Source: an uncultured Gammaproteobacteria bacterium (GTDB lineage Bacteria > Pseudomonadota > Gammaproteobacteria > CAWCPV01). Taken from it: DNA of 64,000 nucleotides. The stretch is from NCBI GenBank assembly GCA_963797555.1, contig CAWCPV010000007.1, positions 192,001 through 256,000 on the forward strand. The letters are read 5' to 3'. The notes under the pieces are model-generated. The model did not search any database and was not told where the DNA came from. It saw only the letters and a list, made by a program, of their open reading frames with translations. Shown here piece after piece: positions 51,064 to 62,444 of the stretch; positions within the stretch are counted from its first letter, which is position 1, and each line of letters begins with the position of its first letter. The position numbers and the translations under genes were made by a program.

Positions 51064-51657
51064 AAAATGCCCACGCACGGAGATACCGGTTCGGCTGGCG
51101 ACGGAGGGTTCTCCACTTCCGCCCCCCCCGAACCTAGCGAGACCAACGGGTTTCTGACGGAGCACGTCAGGCTGCTTCGCGACAGCCTGATCCGCTGGGG
51201 CGGTCGGGATCTCATTGCACCCGGGGTGCCGGAGGGCGAGGCGGCCTCGTGGCTCTACCACGCGCCCTTCGCCGTGGTTTCCCACAACGCCGATGAGGAT
51301 CCGACGTTCACCTACGGCAATCGCACCGCCCTCGATCTGTTCGAGCTGTCTTGGCAGCAACTCACGTCTCTGCGGTCCAGGCTCTGCGCCGATCCCGTCG
51401 CGCAGCAGGAGCGCGACAGGCTGCTCCATGAGGTAGCGACCAAGGGAGTCATCCAGAGCTACTCGGGGGTGCGTATCTCCCGCACCGGTCGACGCTTCCT
51501 CATCCGCCAGGCAACGGTGTGGAACCTCGTCGACGCCGAGGGCAGATACCGCGGCCAGGCCGCAATGTTCGCCGACTGGGAGGCTCTGCCGGGAGACAGC
51601 GAGTCGGGCGCCGAGCCTGCACCACCCGGCGGCACTCGACATCCGCTTGGCCGATGA
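51064..51657 (+). CDS. MEKHLA domain protein
   Basis: LY.APFAVVSH....DP.F.YGN..AL.LFE, ER..LL..V...G.I..YSGVRISRTGRRF.I..ATVWNL.D..G.Y.GQAA.F; start uncertain. Confidence 0.88.
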   Translation, partial: KMPTHGDTGSAGDGGFSTSAPPEPSETNGFLTEHVRLLRDSLIRWGGRDLIAPGVPEGEAASWLYHAPFAVVSHNADEDPTFTYGNRTALDLFELSWQQLTSLRSRLCADPVAQQERDRLLHEVATKGVIQSYSGVRISRTGRRFLIRQATVWNLVDAEGRYRGQAAMFADWEALPGDSESGAEPAPPGGTRHPLGR

Positions 51658-51749
51658 GGATCGGACCGGCGACCGCGGGTGCGGTTGCGGGACCACCATC
51701 GCGACGCGCAGGAGATCTATTCACCAGCGCTCAGAGCTGATGAAAATAC

Positions 51750-52652
51750 CTAGGCCGGAAGCCCGTGAGTAGTGGCGGGCAGCCCGGCGGCTTCTCTTTG
51801 GTCCAGGGCAATCGCCGCCCAGTCCAGCTCTGCCCGCCCGTTGGCCAGGCATCGCAGAAAGCGGTCTTCCAGCAGGGCGGCGAAGGGCATCGGCACCTGT
51901 TCGGCACGGGCCGTATCGCGTACCAGTCGCAGGTCCTTCGCGCCGAGCGCCAGCGAGAACCCGGCAGGCGAGAATCGGCCTTCGGCGATGACCTGCCCGT
52001 AGTTCTGGTAAATCGGACAGGCGAACAGGGTCTGGGCGAGCAGCTCATACATGGCCTTCGGCTCCACTCCGCCCTTTTCCGCGAGTGATAGCGCCTCGGC
52101 CATGGCCTCGATAGCGGCCGCAATCAAAAAGTTCCCGGCGAGCTTGACCACGTTCGCTGCGCTGGGCGCGGTCCCGAAGTCGAAAACTCCCTGACCCATG
52201 ACCTTCAGCAAGGGCTCGACCCGCCCCTTGGCAGCGCTGTCACCGGCGATGCACAGCCACAGCTTCCCGGCGGCCGCCGCATCGGGACGTCCGAACACCG
52301 GGCAGGCCAGGTACTGCACCCCGTGGCCCGCATGCGTGCTGGCAACCTCACGGGCGGTCTCGGGACTGACGGTGCTCATGGACACGTGCACGCCGTCGGG
52401 GCCTAGACGGGACAACACAGAATCGGTGACCACGGCACGCAGCGCTCGGTCGTCGGCGAGCATGGTGACGAGGATACCGCCGGGGCGGACCGCCTGCTCG
52501 GGGCTGGAGGTGCGCACGGCGCCCCTCGCTTCCAGAGGGGCTGCCTTCTCCGGCGTTCGGTTGTAGACCTTGAGGCTGTGGCCCGCGCCTAGCAGGCGCA
52601 ATGCCAAGCCAGTGCCCATGCGGCCGAGGCCAAAGAATGCGACTTCAGTCAT
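51750..52652 (-). CDS. NAD(P)-dependent beta-hydroxyacid dehydrogenase (MmsB/6PGDH-like)
   Basis: FFGLGRMG, YNRTPEKA, SMSTVSP, ACPVFGRP, VKLAGNF, KDLRL. Confidence 0.9.
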   Translation of the reverse strand: MTEVAFFGLGRMGTGLALRLLGAGHSLKVYNRTPEKAAPLEARGAVRTSSPEQAVRPGGILVTMLADDRALRAVVTDSVLSRLGPDGVHVSMSTVSPETAREVASTHAGHGVQYLACPVFGRPDAAAAGKLWLCIAGDSAAKGRVEPLLKVMGQGVFDFGTAPSAANVVKLAGNFLIAAAIEAMAEALSLAEKGGVEPKAMYELLAQTLFACPIYQNYGQVIAEGRFSPAGFSLALGAKDLRLVRDTARAEQVPMPFAALLEDRFLRCLANGRAELDWAAIALDQREAAGLPATTHGLPA

Positions 52653-52979
52653 GCTCGTCTCCGGTTGGGGGTGGTACCCCTTGTTTGACCGCGGACCGGC
52701 GCTCGGTTTCGGCTTGGTCCAGCTCTTGTTCGCTGGCTTTCTGTTCAATCGCTGGCCCGCCGACCTGATGGCGCTGGTGTTGGCGATACTGCCGGACGAT
52801 CGGCAGGTTTCCCGCTAGTGTGCTCGACAGGGCCAACACGGTACCCGCCCGCCGCAAGGCTTGACGCCATCCTCGGTTACGGCGACGATTCCATCCATCA
52901 ACGCGTCGAATATCGAATATCCAGCCCAGCACGAAAACCTTGCTCAAGAATAAGGGGCGATTCGTAAAGGGAGAGACTC

Positions 52980-55900
52980 GTGTCCGAACTGCTGCCCGGG
53001 CAGCACGCACAGATCCTCGCCGACAAGCTCTATGACGGGCAGCTTGCGCTCTTTGTCGGCGCCGGGATCTCGCATCTGGCGAATGGCCCGGACGGACGGC
53101 GACTGCCTCTATGGAAGGGTCTTGCGGAACAAGTCGCTGCGGCCTGTCATGAGGACCTGGACTCCTATCGCCACATCCTGGATCTGTTCGATGCCATCGT
53201 CTATGGCCAGAGCCGCATGACGCTGGAGGAGGCGGTGCGGCAGGCGCTGGACGACCGCGGCTTCGAGCTTTCCGACGCCCACCTGGCCCTCAAAGACCTC
53301 CCCTGGGCGGCGGTGCTCAGCACCAACTACGATGGCCTGCTCGCGCGGCTGCTCGGCGAAGACCCTGTCTACGAGGAACAGGACTACGACCGGCTCCAGC
53401 TTGCCCCCGACCGTCAGCCGCACCTGTTCCAGATCCACGGCACCCTCGCCCGGCAGCACACGCTCACCCGCGAGGACTACCGCCTGTGGTCCGAAAAGCA
53501 CCCGTGGGCCTTCCGCCATCTGGAGGGCATCGTCCTCAACAAGACCGTGCTGTTCGTCGGCTATTCCCTGTCCGATCCGCATCTCGATAGCGTGCTGGCG
53601 ACAGTACGGGGAATCACGAAGGGGCGGAAGAAGCGCCTTTACGCCCTGGATGTGGAAGATGAAGGATGGACAGAAGGCGCTCCTCGACCGCCGCGACAAG
53701 ATCGAGGCGGTCCCCATCGAGAAAGAGGAAGACTGGGTACACGCCTTCCGGCAGGTCGCCGCGTGTTTGGAAAAGCGGCGGCGCGGCGCCCCCGCGCCCC
53801 CGGCGGCGGTGGCCGCGGATGCCTTCGCTTACGCCCGCGCCCAATATCTGGCGGGTCTCGAAGCCCATTACGGCGTCGCCAACCTTCAGGGGCTATATCA
53901 GTGGGGCGCGGGGTATGCTCGGGACGACGTGCTGCTGGACGAGGTCTTCGTCGAGCCGGACCTCGAACGCGCGGAGCGCGGCGCCCGAGCAGGTGAGGGA
54001 GCCGTCGCCGAGACGGAAGCGCTGGAGCGGGCAGGGCTGTCGTTTGCCATGCGCGCACGCCGGCGCGGAGAGCAGGCGCCGACTGCGAGCCGGACTCCGG
54101 CTTTCCAGGTGCTGGCCCAGGAACAGCGCGTGCTCATCGTCGGTGCGCCGGGACAGGGCAAGTCCACGCTGCTGGGCGCTTGGCTGCTCTCGGTCGCCGC
54201 TCGATGGCGCGAGCAGCCGGCCCTGCACCCGCTGCCGGTGCTGGTACGGCTCGCGGAATGGGAGAGCGACCCGCAGCGCGGCGAGGGGTGGCTCCGAGAG
54301 CACGTGAGCAGCAAACTGCCTCGGCTCGCCGAGGTGGGCTCGGCGGCGGTCGAGGCGTGGCTCCGGGGCCCGGTGCTGTGGCTGCTGGATGGCATCGACG
54401 AGGTGCGCGACCCCCACGAGCGCGGTCGGCTGCTAGCCGAGGTCCGGGCGACAGCGGCGATGCGCCCGCAGGATCGCTGGGCGGTCACGACCCGCCCGGC
54501 CGGGGAGCCGGCCGGCGGCATCGGCAGCGGCTGGCTGCGCTGCGAGCTGCCCAGCCTGTCCGACCCGCAGGTCGAGCAGGTGCTGGCGAAATGGGCGGGG
54601 GTGTTGCAGCGCAAGGAGCAGTTGGTGCTGGACCACCGGCAGATGGCTAGCGCCCTGAAAGCGGACCCTGGGCTGCGGCTGATGCGCGGCAATGGTCTGC
54701 TGCTGACCATGGCGGTGCTGTTCTACAAGTCGCGCAAGCGGCTCCCGCACCACCGCTGGGAGTTCTATGATGGCTCCGAGCAGGCGCTGCGCGATGGCTG
54801 GGTGCGCCATCGCCTGCAACAGGCGCAGCGCTACCTGCCCGGCGATTACCTGCCCGAACTCTTGGAAGTGCTCGCTCTCGATGGCATGGTCGAGGGCAGC
54901 GTGCTGTTCGCTGAAGAGGATGTCAAACAGGAGGCGGACAGCCTGCTGCGGGCACGGGGTTACAGCGGGGGTGAGCGGGACCAGGAGGTTGCGCGCCTGC
55001 TGGAGGCCGCCCGCGACCTGATTGGCGTCCTCGTGGAGCAGGGTCCCAGCCGATTCGGCTTCCTGCACGTCACCTTTCAGGAGTTCTATGCCGCCCGCGC
55101 GCTGGTCCACCGCAGCCAGAACGCCGCCGGGTACATCAAGGGCTACTGGGACCACCCGGACTGGCGCGAGGTCTGGCCGCTGTACCGGCTGGGCGTTCAG
55201 GCCGACCCGGCGCGGACGGCCGAGCTGTTCCAGACCATCCTGGCCGATGCTCACCCGCTGGATGAGTACCTGTTCCGCCCGCAGCTCGCCTGCCTGCGCC
55301 TGCTCGGGACAGGATCGGCCCCCGTTAGCCCCCCGGAGACAGGAGTGCTGGACTGGGCCCGCTCCATCATCGAGCGGACCACCCGCCCCTTCCAGGAAGT
55401 ATGCACCATCGTGCAGCGCTGGGAGCGGCCACTAGGTACCGAGTTGCGGGAAGCCCTGCTCGGGCGGCTCGCCGACCAGGACTGGAACGTGCGGTGGGCG
55501 GTGGCGCGGGCGCTCGCGGCGGCGGTGAGTGAGCCCGCGGTGCGGGAAGCTCTACTCGGGCGGCTCGCCGACGAGGACTGGAACGTGCGGTGGGCGGCGG
55601 CGCAGGCGCTCGCGGCGGCGGTGAGTGAGCCCGCGGTGCGGGAAGCCCTGCTCGGGCGGCTCGCCGACCAGGACTGGAACGTGCGGGGGGCGGCGGCGCA
55701 GGCGCTCGGGGCGGCGGTGAGTGAGCCCGCGGTGCGGGAAGCTCTACTCGGGCGGCTCGCCGACGAGGACTGGAACGTGCGGTGGGCGGCGGCGCAGGCG
55801 CTCGGGGCGGCGGTGAGTGAGCCCGCGGTGCGGGAAGCTCTACTCGGGCGGCTCGCCGACGAGGACTGGAACGTGCGGTGGGCGGCGGCGCAGGCGCTCG

Positions 55901-56448
55901 CGGCGGCGGTGAGTGAGCCCGCGGTGCGGGAAGCTCTACTCGGGCGGCTCGCCGACGAGGACTGGATCGTGCGGTGGGCGGCGGCGCAGGCGCTCGGGGC
56001 GGCGGTGAGTGAGCCCGCGGTGCGGGAAGCCCTGCTCGGGCGGCTCGCCGACCAGGACTGGAACGTGCGGGGGGCGGCGGCGCAGGCGCTCGGGGCGGCG
56101 GTGAGTGAGCCCGCGGTGCGCGAGGCCCTGCTCGGGCGGCTCGCCGACCAGGACTGGAACGTGCGGTGGGCGGCGGCGCAGGCGCTCGGGGCGGCGGTGA
56201 GTGAGCCCGCGGTGCGCGAGGCCCTGCTCGGGCGGCTCGCCGACCAGGACTGGAACGTGTGGCGGGCGGCGGCGCAGGCGCTCGGGGCGGCGGTGAGTGA
56301 GCCCGCGGTGCGGGAAGCTCTACTCGGGCGGCTCGCCGACCAGGACTGGAACGTGCGGTGGGCGGTGGCGCGGGCGCTCGCGGCGGCAGTCGCCTCCGAG
56401 AAGTTTGGGATACCGGCTCGCGATCTAGGCGACGTGATGCCCTGGTAG
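52980..56448 (+). CDS. SIR2-NACHT-HEAT repeat NLR-like protein (single frameshift near 53647)
   Basis: SIR2_2: FVGAGIS, TNYD, QIHG, FVGYSLSDP; NACHT: GAPGQGKST, LLDGIDE, FLHVTFQEF; HEAT repeats. Confidence 0.88.
55447..56390 (+). repeat. Ten near-identical 96-bp tandem HEAT-repeat units
   Basis: REALLGRLAD(Q/E)DW(N/I)V(RW/RG/WR)A(A/V)A(Q/R)AL(A/G)AAVSEPAV x10. Confidence 0.95.
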
Positions 56449-56532
56449 CTGGCGTCAACACGAAGGGAATGCAGTGAGACGCGGGAGGGCCGGCTAGCCG
56501 ATGCGCTTCTCCAAACCGCGCAACCGGTGACA

Positions 56533-57042
56533 ATGGCCGAGCCTCGAGCAATTCGCATCGTCCGCCGGATCAGCCTGATTTCCACAGGCGTCACGCTCGG
56601 CGCGACCGTGGCCCACGTGCTGGAGCTTCCCAACAAGCTCGCACTCGACGGGCCGCTCTGGCTCGCCGTCCAGCAGCACCTTTACCGCGGGTGGGGACCG
56701 TTCATCGGGCCGTTCGAGGTCACGGCCATCGTTTCGACGTGGCTGCTGCTCTTGCTAGTCCGTAAACGGCCGCCAACCTTCCGGTTGACGCTCCTCGCGG
56801 CGCTCTGTCTCAGCGCTGCACTGGCGATCTTCTTCGCTTTGAACGCGCCGGTGAACGCTGCGTTCGCGGCCTGGACCGCTGAAACGCTGCCGCCGAACTG
56901 GCCGACGTACCGTTTGCGCTGGGAGGTCGGCCACGCCGCGAGCTTCGTGCTGGCTTTCTTGGCGTTCGTCGCGCTGCTGCGTGGTCTGGTCGCCGATGCG
57001 GTCGCCAAGGCGTCCCAACCAGGAGGAACGCAGTCAATCTAG
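56533..57042 (+). CDS. DUF1772-like membrane protein, copy 1
   Basis: AHVLELPNKL.L....WL.VQQ.LY.GWG, PVN......W....LP..W...R.RWE.GH. Confidence 0.8.
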   Translation: MAEPRAIRIVRRISLISTGVTLGATVAHVLELPNKLALDGPLWLAVQQHLYRGWGPFIGPFEVTAIVSTWLLLLLVRKRPPTFRLTLLAALCLSAALAIFFALNAPVNAAFAAWTAETLPPNWPTYRLRWEVGHAASFVLAFLAFVALLRGLVADAVAKASQPGGTQSI

Positions 57043-57150
57043 GGAAATGGGTCCGCGCAGTCGGAGTGACCTGATCATCATTTGGCGAGCCCCTCGGCCG
57101 GGCGGTTAAAGTTCGGTTTGGAAGGTGAATTGATCTCTTGGAGAAGGCGT

Positions 57151-57223
57151 CCATAGGATGCGCTGAGCTACGAAGCGCATCGGTCGCGAGCGATGCGGTT
57201 CCCTTCGTTCACCGCATCCTACG
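57151..57223. repeat. REP doublet (type 1)
   Basis: 57185-57223 is identical to the REP at 12544-12582; degenerate partner CATAGGATGCGC...GCGCATC at 57152. Confidence 0.75.
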
Positions 57224-57377
57224 CGGGCTGGTAGCTGGCGGCCGCCCAGATGGAATGCAGTGGAGTCCGGGAAGGCCGGCCAGCCGATGCGCTCCTCCAA
57301 GCCGCGCAACGGCTATCCCGGCGCGGCGATGTTTGCCCGAGGCTCGGCCAATTCTGACCTGAAGGGAGGGGCATCTG

Positions 57378-57872
57378 ATGCTGCTTCGCATCGTCCGCTG
57401 GATCAGCCTGGTCTGCACAGGCGTCACGCTCGGCGTGACCGCGGCCCACGTGCTAGAGCTTCCCAACAAGCTCGCGCTCGGCGGTCCGCTCTGGCTCGCC
57501 GTTCAGCAGCACCTTTACCGCGGGTGGGGACCGTTCATCGGGCCGTTCGAAGTCGCGGCCATCGTTTCGACGTGGCTGCTGCTCTTGCGGGTCCGCAAAC
57601 GGCGGCCGGCCTTCCGGTGGACGCTCCTCGCGGCGCTCTGTCTCAGCGCTGCACTCGCGGTGTTCTTCGCCTTGAACGCACCGGTGAACGCTGCGTTCGC
57701 GACCTGGACCGCTGAAACGCTGCCGCCGGACTGGCCGACGTACCGCTTGCGTTGGGAGGTCGGCCACGCTGCGAGCTTCGTGCTGGTGCTGGTGGCGTTC
57801 ATCGCGCTGCTGCGCGGTCTGTTCGCCGATGCGGTCGACGAGGCGTCGCAGAGTAGGGGAACGGGGTCATGA
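57378..57872 (+). CDS. DUF1772-like membrane protein, copy 2
   Basis: Highly similar to copy 1 at DNA and protein level. Confidence 0.85.
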   Translation: MLLRIVRWISLVCTGVTLGVTAAHVLELPNKLALGGPLWLAVQQHLYRGWGPFIGPFEVAAIVSTWLLLLRVRKRRPAFRWTLLAALCLSAALAVFFALNAPVNAAFATWTAETLPPDWPTYRLRWEVGHAASFVLVLVAFIALLRGLFADAVDEASQSRGTGS

Positions 57873-57961
57873 ATTCCTTGAAAGCCCGTCACGCGCTCGG
57901 CGCGGCGGGTCTGTCGTCGAAAGATGTGCGGGGCGCCCGAGCGGAGCGCCCCGCAGTCGAC

Positions 57962-59194
57962 TTACTGTGGGCTACCGGGCGCGCTCGCCGGGGCTGTCCC
58001 GGGGGGCGGCGCGGTGGCGGCTGCAGTATGGCTCGGCGGGACCTGGGGAGCGGAAGCCGCAGGAGGCGGCGGAGCGGATCCGCCCGCAGGTGCAGCGCCC
58101 ATTGTGGGTACGGGTGGTGCCGGTGGGGGAGGGGGCCCATTCGCGGTCTGGGTAGCAGCGGGCGCCGCGGCACGGTTGGCGGGCGCCGTTCCGCCTGGAG
58201 TTTCTGCCTTTGCGGCTGCCGGAGCCGGCGCGGCGGCGGGCTTCCCGGCCGGAGCCTGTGCGACGGCGGGCGGCTTCGCCGGGGCCTTGACCAGCTTTTC
58301 GCGCTTGGCCTCGATCAACGGTTTGACCGTGAAGTCGGCGACCTTGAAGTAGTAGGGTGCATTCGAAGTCTTGAGCACGTATTCCGCGCCCTTGTCCGGC
58401 TTCGAGAAGACGTAGCTGCGCGGCTTGGTGCCCTTGGCAGTGACCGAAATCGAAAGCACCGGGGCGTCCTGCTTGTATTCGGGCTTCGCCTCCTTCCCCA
58501 GCACCGACACGAACCTCAGCTCGGCGAGCTGGCGGGCGATGGATTGGGCCTCCGAGGCATTGGTCTGCTCGCCCGCCGCCAGGCCGTCCACCTGCCACTT
58601 GCCGTCTTTGCGCTGTAGATGCAGCCCCGGCAGCGTGACCTCGGTGATGTCGTCCTCCTTCAGATCGAGATAGGACTTGTCCGTCCACCCGTCCGCGTCC
58701 GTGCTCGCCTCGTGGGCGGGAAGCTCCAGGTCATAGATCGCATCGTCACCGTCTGCGCGGCCGTAGACCCTCCGGAAGTTCGGCGAGTCTCCCAGCCACA
58801 GGGTGGCCAGAGACTTGTCCCCGGCGGCTAGGACGACTTTGTGCTCGAAGGCATCCGGGCTGACCTTGAAGCGCTTGGCAGCGGCCGCGCTGGTGGCGAC
58901 AGGGACGCGCTCGCGCAGCCCTTCGAGCTTCACGAGAAAATCCTCCACCTTGAGCTTGGCGGCGGGAAAGCCGCCCAGCGCCGGAAGCTGCCAGCTTCCG
59001 TCCTTGCGCTCCAGCACCAGGGCTTCCTTGCCCGGCTGTCCGACCGAGACTCGGGTGACCGCCTTGGCGTCGAAGTGCAGCAGTGGGTCGCCGCTTGGGA
59101 TCGCGCCTGATCCGCTGCCCGCGATGTCGAGGACCACGGCAAGCAGCACCTGCAGTCCGAGCACGACACCGAGTACGTTGATGAGTCGCTTCAT
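57962..59194 (-). CDS. DUF4340 domain protein with Pro/Ala-rich tail
   Basis: N-terminal TM, L.RKDG.W.L....FPA, W.DK..L; downstream of Gld-like permease. Confidence 0.8.
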   Translation of the reverse strand: MKRLINVLGVVLGLQVLLAVVLDIAGSGSGAIPSGDPLLHFDAKAVTRVSVGQPGKEALVLERKDGSWQLPALGGFPAAKLKVEDFLVKLEGLRERVPVATSAAAAKRFKVSPDAFEHKVVLAAGDKSLATLWLGDSPNFRRVYGRADGDDAIYDLELPAHEASTDADGWTDKSYLDLKEDDITEVTLPGLHLQRKDGKWQVDGLAAGEQTNASEAQSIARQLAELRFVSVLGKEAKPEYKQDAPVLSISVTAKGTKPRSYVFSKPDKGAEYVLKTSNAPYYFKVADFTVKPLIEAKREKLVKAPAKPPAVAQAPAGKPAAAPAPAAAKAETPGGTAPANRAAAPAATQTANGPPPPPAPPVPTMGAAPAGGSAPPPPAASAPQVPPSHTAAATAPPPGTAPASAPGSPQ

Positions 59195-59196
59195 GC

Positions 59197-61510
59197 TCAG
59201 GCCCTCCCCAGGTTCAGCACGTCCCGATAGTGGCGCAGCCGACGGCTGCGGCTGCGACGCTGCAGGCCGTAGATGAGCGCCAGGCCGGCCAGTGCCAGGC
59301 CGTAGTTGAGATACTCCCAAAACATCTCGGCGTTCCGGCCCATGGGCTCGAGCATGCGCGAGAATTGCCCGCGGCCACGCAGGGCCAGCAGGCCGCGGTC
59401 CTCCAGCGACCAGTCCACCACATTCTCGATGAGTTGCACCGGCTTCAGATAGCGCGTCCCGGTCGCCCCCGCGGCCAGCCCCAGGGCCTCGTCGCTGAGG
59501 AAGCTGCTGGAGCCGATGAGCACCAGCCGCGCGGAGGAGGGTGAGCTGTCGATGACCCCGGAGACCACCGGCTTCTGCTCGGCCGTCTCCTTGGCCGATT
59601 TTTCGGTCGCGGTGGGCTTTTGATCGCTCTTCAGCAAGGGCGAGGGCTTGCCCTTGAAGTTGCTCGTGAAGCGGCCCTCGATCACCGCCCCCAGCAGCTT
59701 GGAGCCGCGGTCACCGCCTGGGGCGAAGCCGAGCTCGCCATGCGCCGAAAAGTTCGGCTCGATATCGGTGGACGGCGAAGTCCATGACTGCGCGGAGCTG
59801 CGCAGCAGCTCGACGACTCGGCGGTCCTTGTTCTTGGTGGAATCGATGCTGATCGGCGAAGCCCAGTTCAGCGTCAGTGTCGAGCGGCTCCGGTAGCGGG
59901 ATAGGCACGGTCTGGCCGTCGGACTCCAGCAGCATGTAAAAGTAGAAAGTGGTCGGGTCCAGCAGGCTCAACGCCAGAGGCTGAAAGCCGTACTTCTCCG
60001 CGATCTCTTTGGCCAGCGATCCATCGCCGGCGTCGGGGTCACGGATGTCCACCGTGAGCTTGCCGCCGGACTGCTGCTTCAGCTCCGCGAGCACCGCGTC
60101 CAGGTCCTTGCGCAGCGCAGGCAGCGGCTTGGGGAGCCGCTTGTCCGGGGAGATGAAGCCGCGGAACGTCACCGGCTTGCGCAGGGACTGGAACAGGTCG
60201 CCGCCGGCCTGGTAGCCGTACAAGACCTTCTTGATAGCGCGCGTGATGTCGTACTCGGGATTGCGCAAACGCACGTCCAGGTCGGTCTCGCCGCGCCGCT
60301 TCACCTCGATCAGGTCGCGGAAGCCGAGCTTCTCGAACTGGTCGCCGTACTGGACCAGGATGTCGAAATAGGAGTTGACCACCGAGGTCTGGTACTTGCT
60401 GGCGCTCTGGAAGGCCACCGGGCGGATGCCGTATTTCTCGCCCGCCTCGCGCTCGATCTCGGGGTTTTCCTGCGGGTCTACGAACTCCACGCGCACCTTG
60501 CCGCGTCCGGCCACCTCGTACTCCTTGAGCAGGTCGCGGATTTGCGGCACCAGCGGACTGAGCAGGGGGTGCGTCTTGGCGCTGAAGTAGCCGCGGATGA
60601 GCAGAGGCTCCCGCAACTGCGCCAGATAATGCCGGGTGGCGTCCGAGATCGAATACACGTGTCCCTCGGTGATGTCGGCGCGCGCCCAGCCGATCTGCTG
60701 CAGCCACAGGTTGCCGGCCAGAAAGTTGGCGGCGAACAACGCGGTCGCCAGCCCCCAGCGCCGGTGGACCTCGGGCCTCTTGCTGTCCGCGGCCCAGCGC
60801 AGGTGCTCCAGAGTGTAGACGTTGAGGGTGAGGAACACCCCCACGATGCTGAGGTAGTAATAGAGATCCCGCAGGTCGATGACGCCGCGGGTGATGGACT
60901 CGAAGCGCGATCCGGTTCCGAGAAGCTGGAGCAGCTCGCCCCCGCGGTGCCCCAGCAGATGGGTCAAGGCATCCGAGCCGATGAGATAGAAGACGCCGCA
61001 CACCAGAGCCGTGCCGATGAGGCTGACGATGGCGTTGTCGGTGCGCGCCGAGATGAACAGGCCGATGGAGATGTAGGCGGCGGCCAGCAGCAGGGCGGCG
61101 ATGTAGCCTCCGACCACCGGGCCCCAGTCCAGCGGTCCGAGGAGACTGACGGTCACCGGCAGAGGCAGGGTCAGCAGCAGGGCCACGGCCACCAGCGCCA
61201 GACTGGCCAGGAATTTGCCGAGCACGAGCTGCAGCGTGGACACCGGCAGAGTCATGAGGGTCTCTAGGGTGCCCGCCCTGCGCTCCTCGCTCCACAGCCG
61301 CATGGTCAAGGCGGCGACCAGGAAGATGAGCAGCAGCGGCATCCACTCGAACAGGGGGCGCACGTCGGCGATGTTGCGGGCGAAGAAGGTCTCCACCCAG
61401 AAGAAGACGAACAGGGAAACGGCCAGGAAGGCGCCCAGGAAGATGTAGGCCACGGGCGAGGAGAAGAAGGCCCACAGCTCCTTGCGGGCCACACGAATCA
61501 GGTCAGGCAT
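59197..61510 (-). CDS. GldF-GldG-like ABC permease fusion (frameshift and probable internal deletion near 59878)
   Basis: KELWAFFSSP.AY, TMRLWSEERRAGTLE, RGVIDLRD, D.TEG..YSIS, EYDITRAIKK; C-terminus NVVDWSLEDRGLL.LR. Confidence 0.85.
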
Positions 61511-62444
61511 GAGCGGCCTCCTCGCTGTGCTGGCTGTTGATCTCGCCGAACACCGTCTCCAGGTCGCGGCGCTCGGGCTCCAGGCCGTACAGGCGCAAGC
61601 CTCCGTCCATCACCGCACGGGCCACCTGCGGCGCGGCCGCATTGGGGTCGGCCGTGTCCAGGGCATAGCGGTGGACGCCGTCGACGGCCTCCAGGTGGCG
61701 CACCGCGCTCACCCCCGCAACCCCGCCCAACACGGGCTGCACCTGCTCCGGCGCGCCGTCCGCGGTGACCAGCAGGCGATGGGTGACGTTGAGGTCGGCG
61801 AGGCGGGAATCCAGAGCCAGCCGGCCGCTGTGGATGATGAGCACCCGGCCGCACACCGCCTCCACTTCCTGCAGGATGTGGGTGGACAGCAGCACCGTGG
61901 CGTTCTCCGCCAGCTCGTGGATGAGCGAGCGCATGTGCTGAATCTGGGTCGGGTCCAGGCCGTTGGTCGGCTCGTCGAGGACGAGGATGTCCGGCTCGTG
62001 CAGGATGGCTTGGGCGACCCCCACCCGCTGCCGGTAGCCCCGTGACAGCGTTCCGATGACGTCGGCCGCCTTGGGCCCTAGCTCGGTGCGAGCGATGGCG
62101 CTGCGCACCGCCGCGAGCCGCTTGTGATCGGGGATGCCGTGCAGTCCTGCGTGGTATTCCAGGAAATCGATGACGGTCATCTCCGGATAGAGCGGACAGT
62201 TTTCGGCCAGATAGCCGATGCGGCGCTGCGCCGCCTGCCGATGTTCCGCCAAGTCCTCCCCGTCCAGGGTGATGCGCCCGGCGGAAGGCTCCAGAGAGCC
62301 GGTCAGCATCTTCATGATGGTGGTCTTCCCGGCCCCGTTGTGGCCGAGCAGTCCGACGACCTCGCCGCGCTGGATCTCGAACGAGACCCCGTCCACCGCC
62401 ATCAAGTCGCCGTAGCTTCGCGACAACTGTTCTGCCTCGATCAT
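61503..62444 (-). CDS. ABC transporter ATP-binding protein (GldA-like)
   Basis: GHNGAGKTT, LSRGYRQRVG, LDEPTNGLDP, STHIL. Confidence 0.93.
   Translation of the reverse strand: MIEAEQLSRSYGDLMAVDGVSFEIQRGEVVGLLGHNGAGKTTIMKMLTGSLEPSAGRITLDGEDLAEHRQAAQRRIGYLAENCPLYPEMTVIDFLEYHAGLHGIPDHKRLAAVRSAIARTELGPKAADVIGTLSRGYRQRVGVAQAILHEPDILVLDEPTNGLDPTQIQHMRSLIHELAENATVLLSTHILQEVEAVCGRVLIIHSGRLALDSRLADLNVTHRLLVTADGAPEQVQPVLGGVAGVSAVRHLEAVDGVHRYALDTADPNAAAPQVARAVMDGGLRLYGLEPERRDLETVFGEINSQHSEEAAHA

Noticed and set aside
55447-56390. Possible CRISPR array or DGR target in the 96-bp repeats
   Set aside because: Units are contiguous and in frame with no unique spacers; no cas genes; variation is not adenine-specific and there is no intact RT
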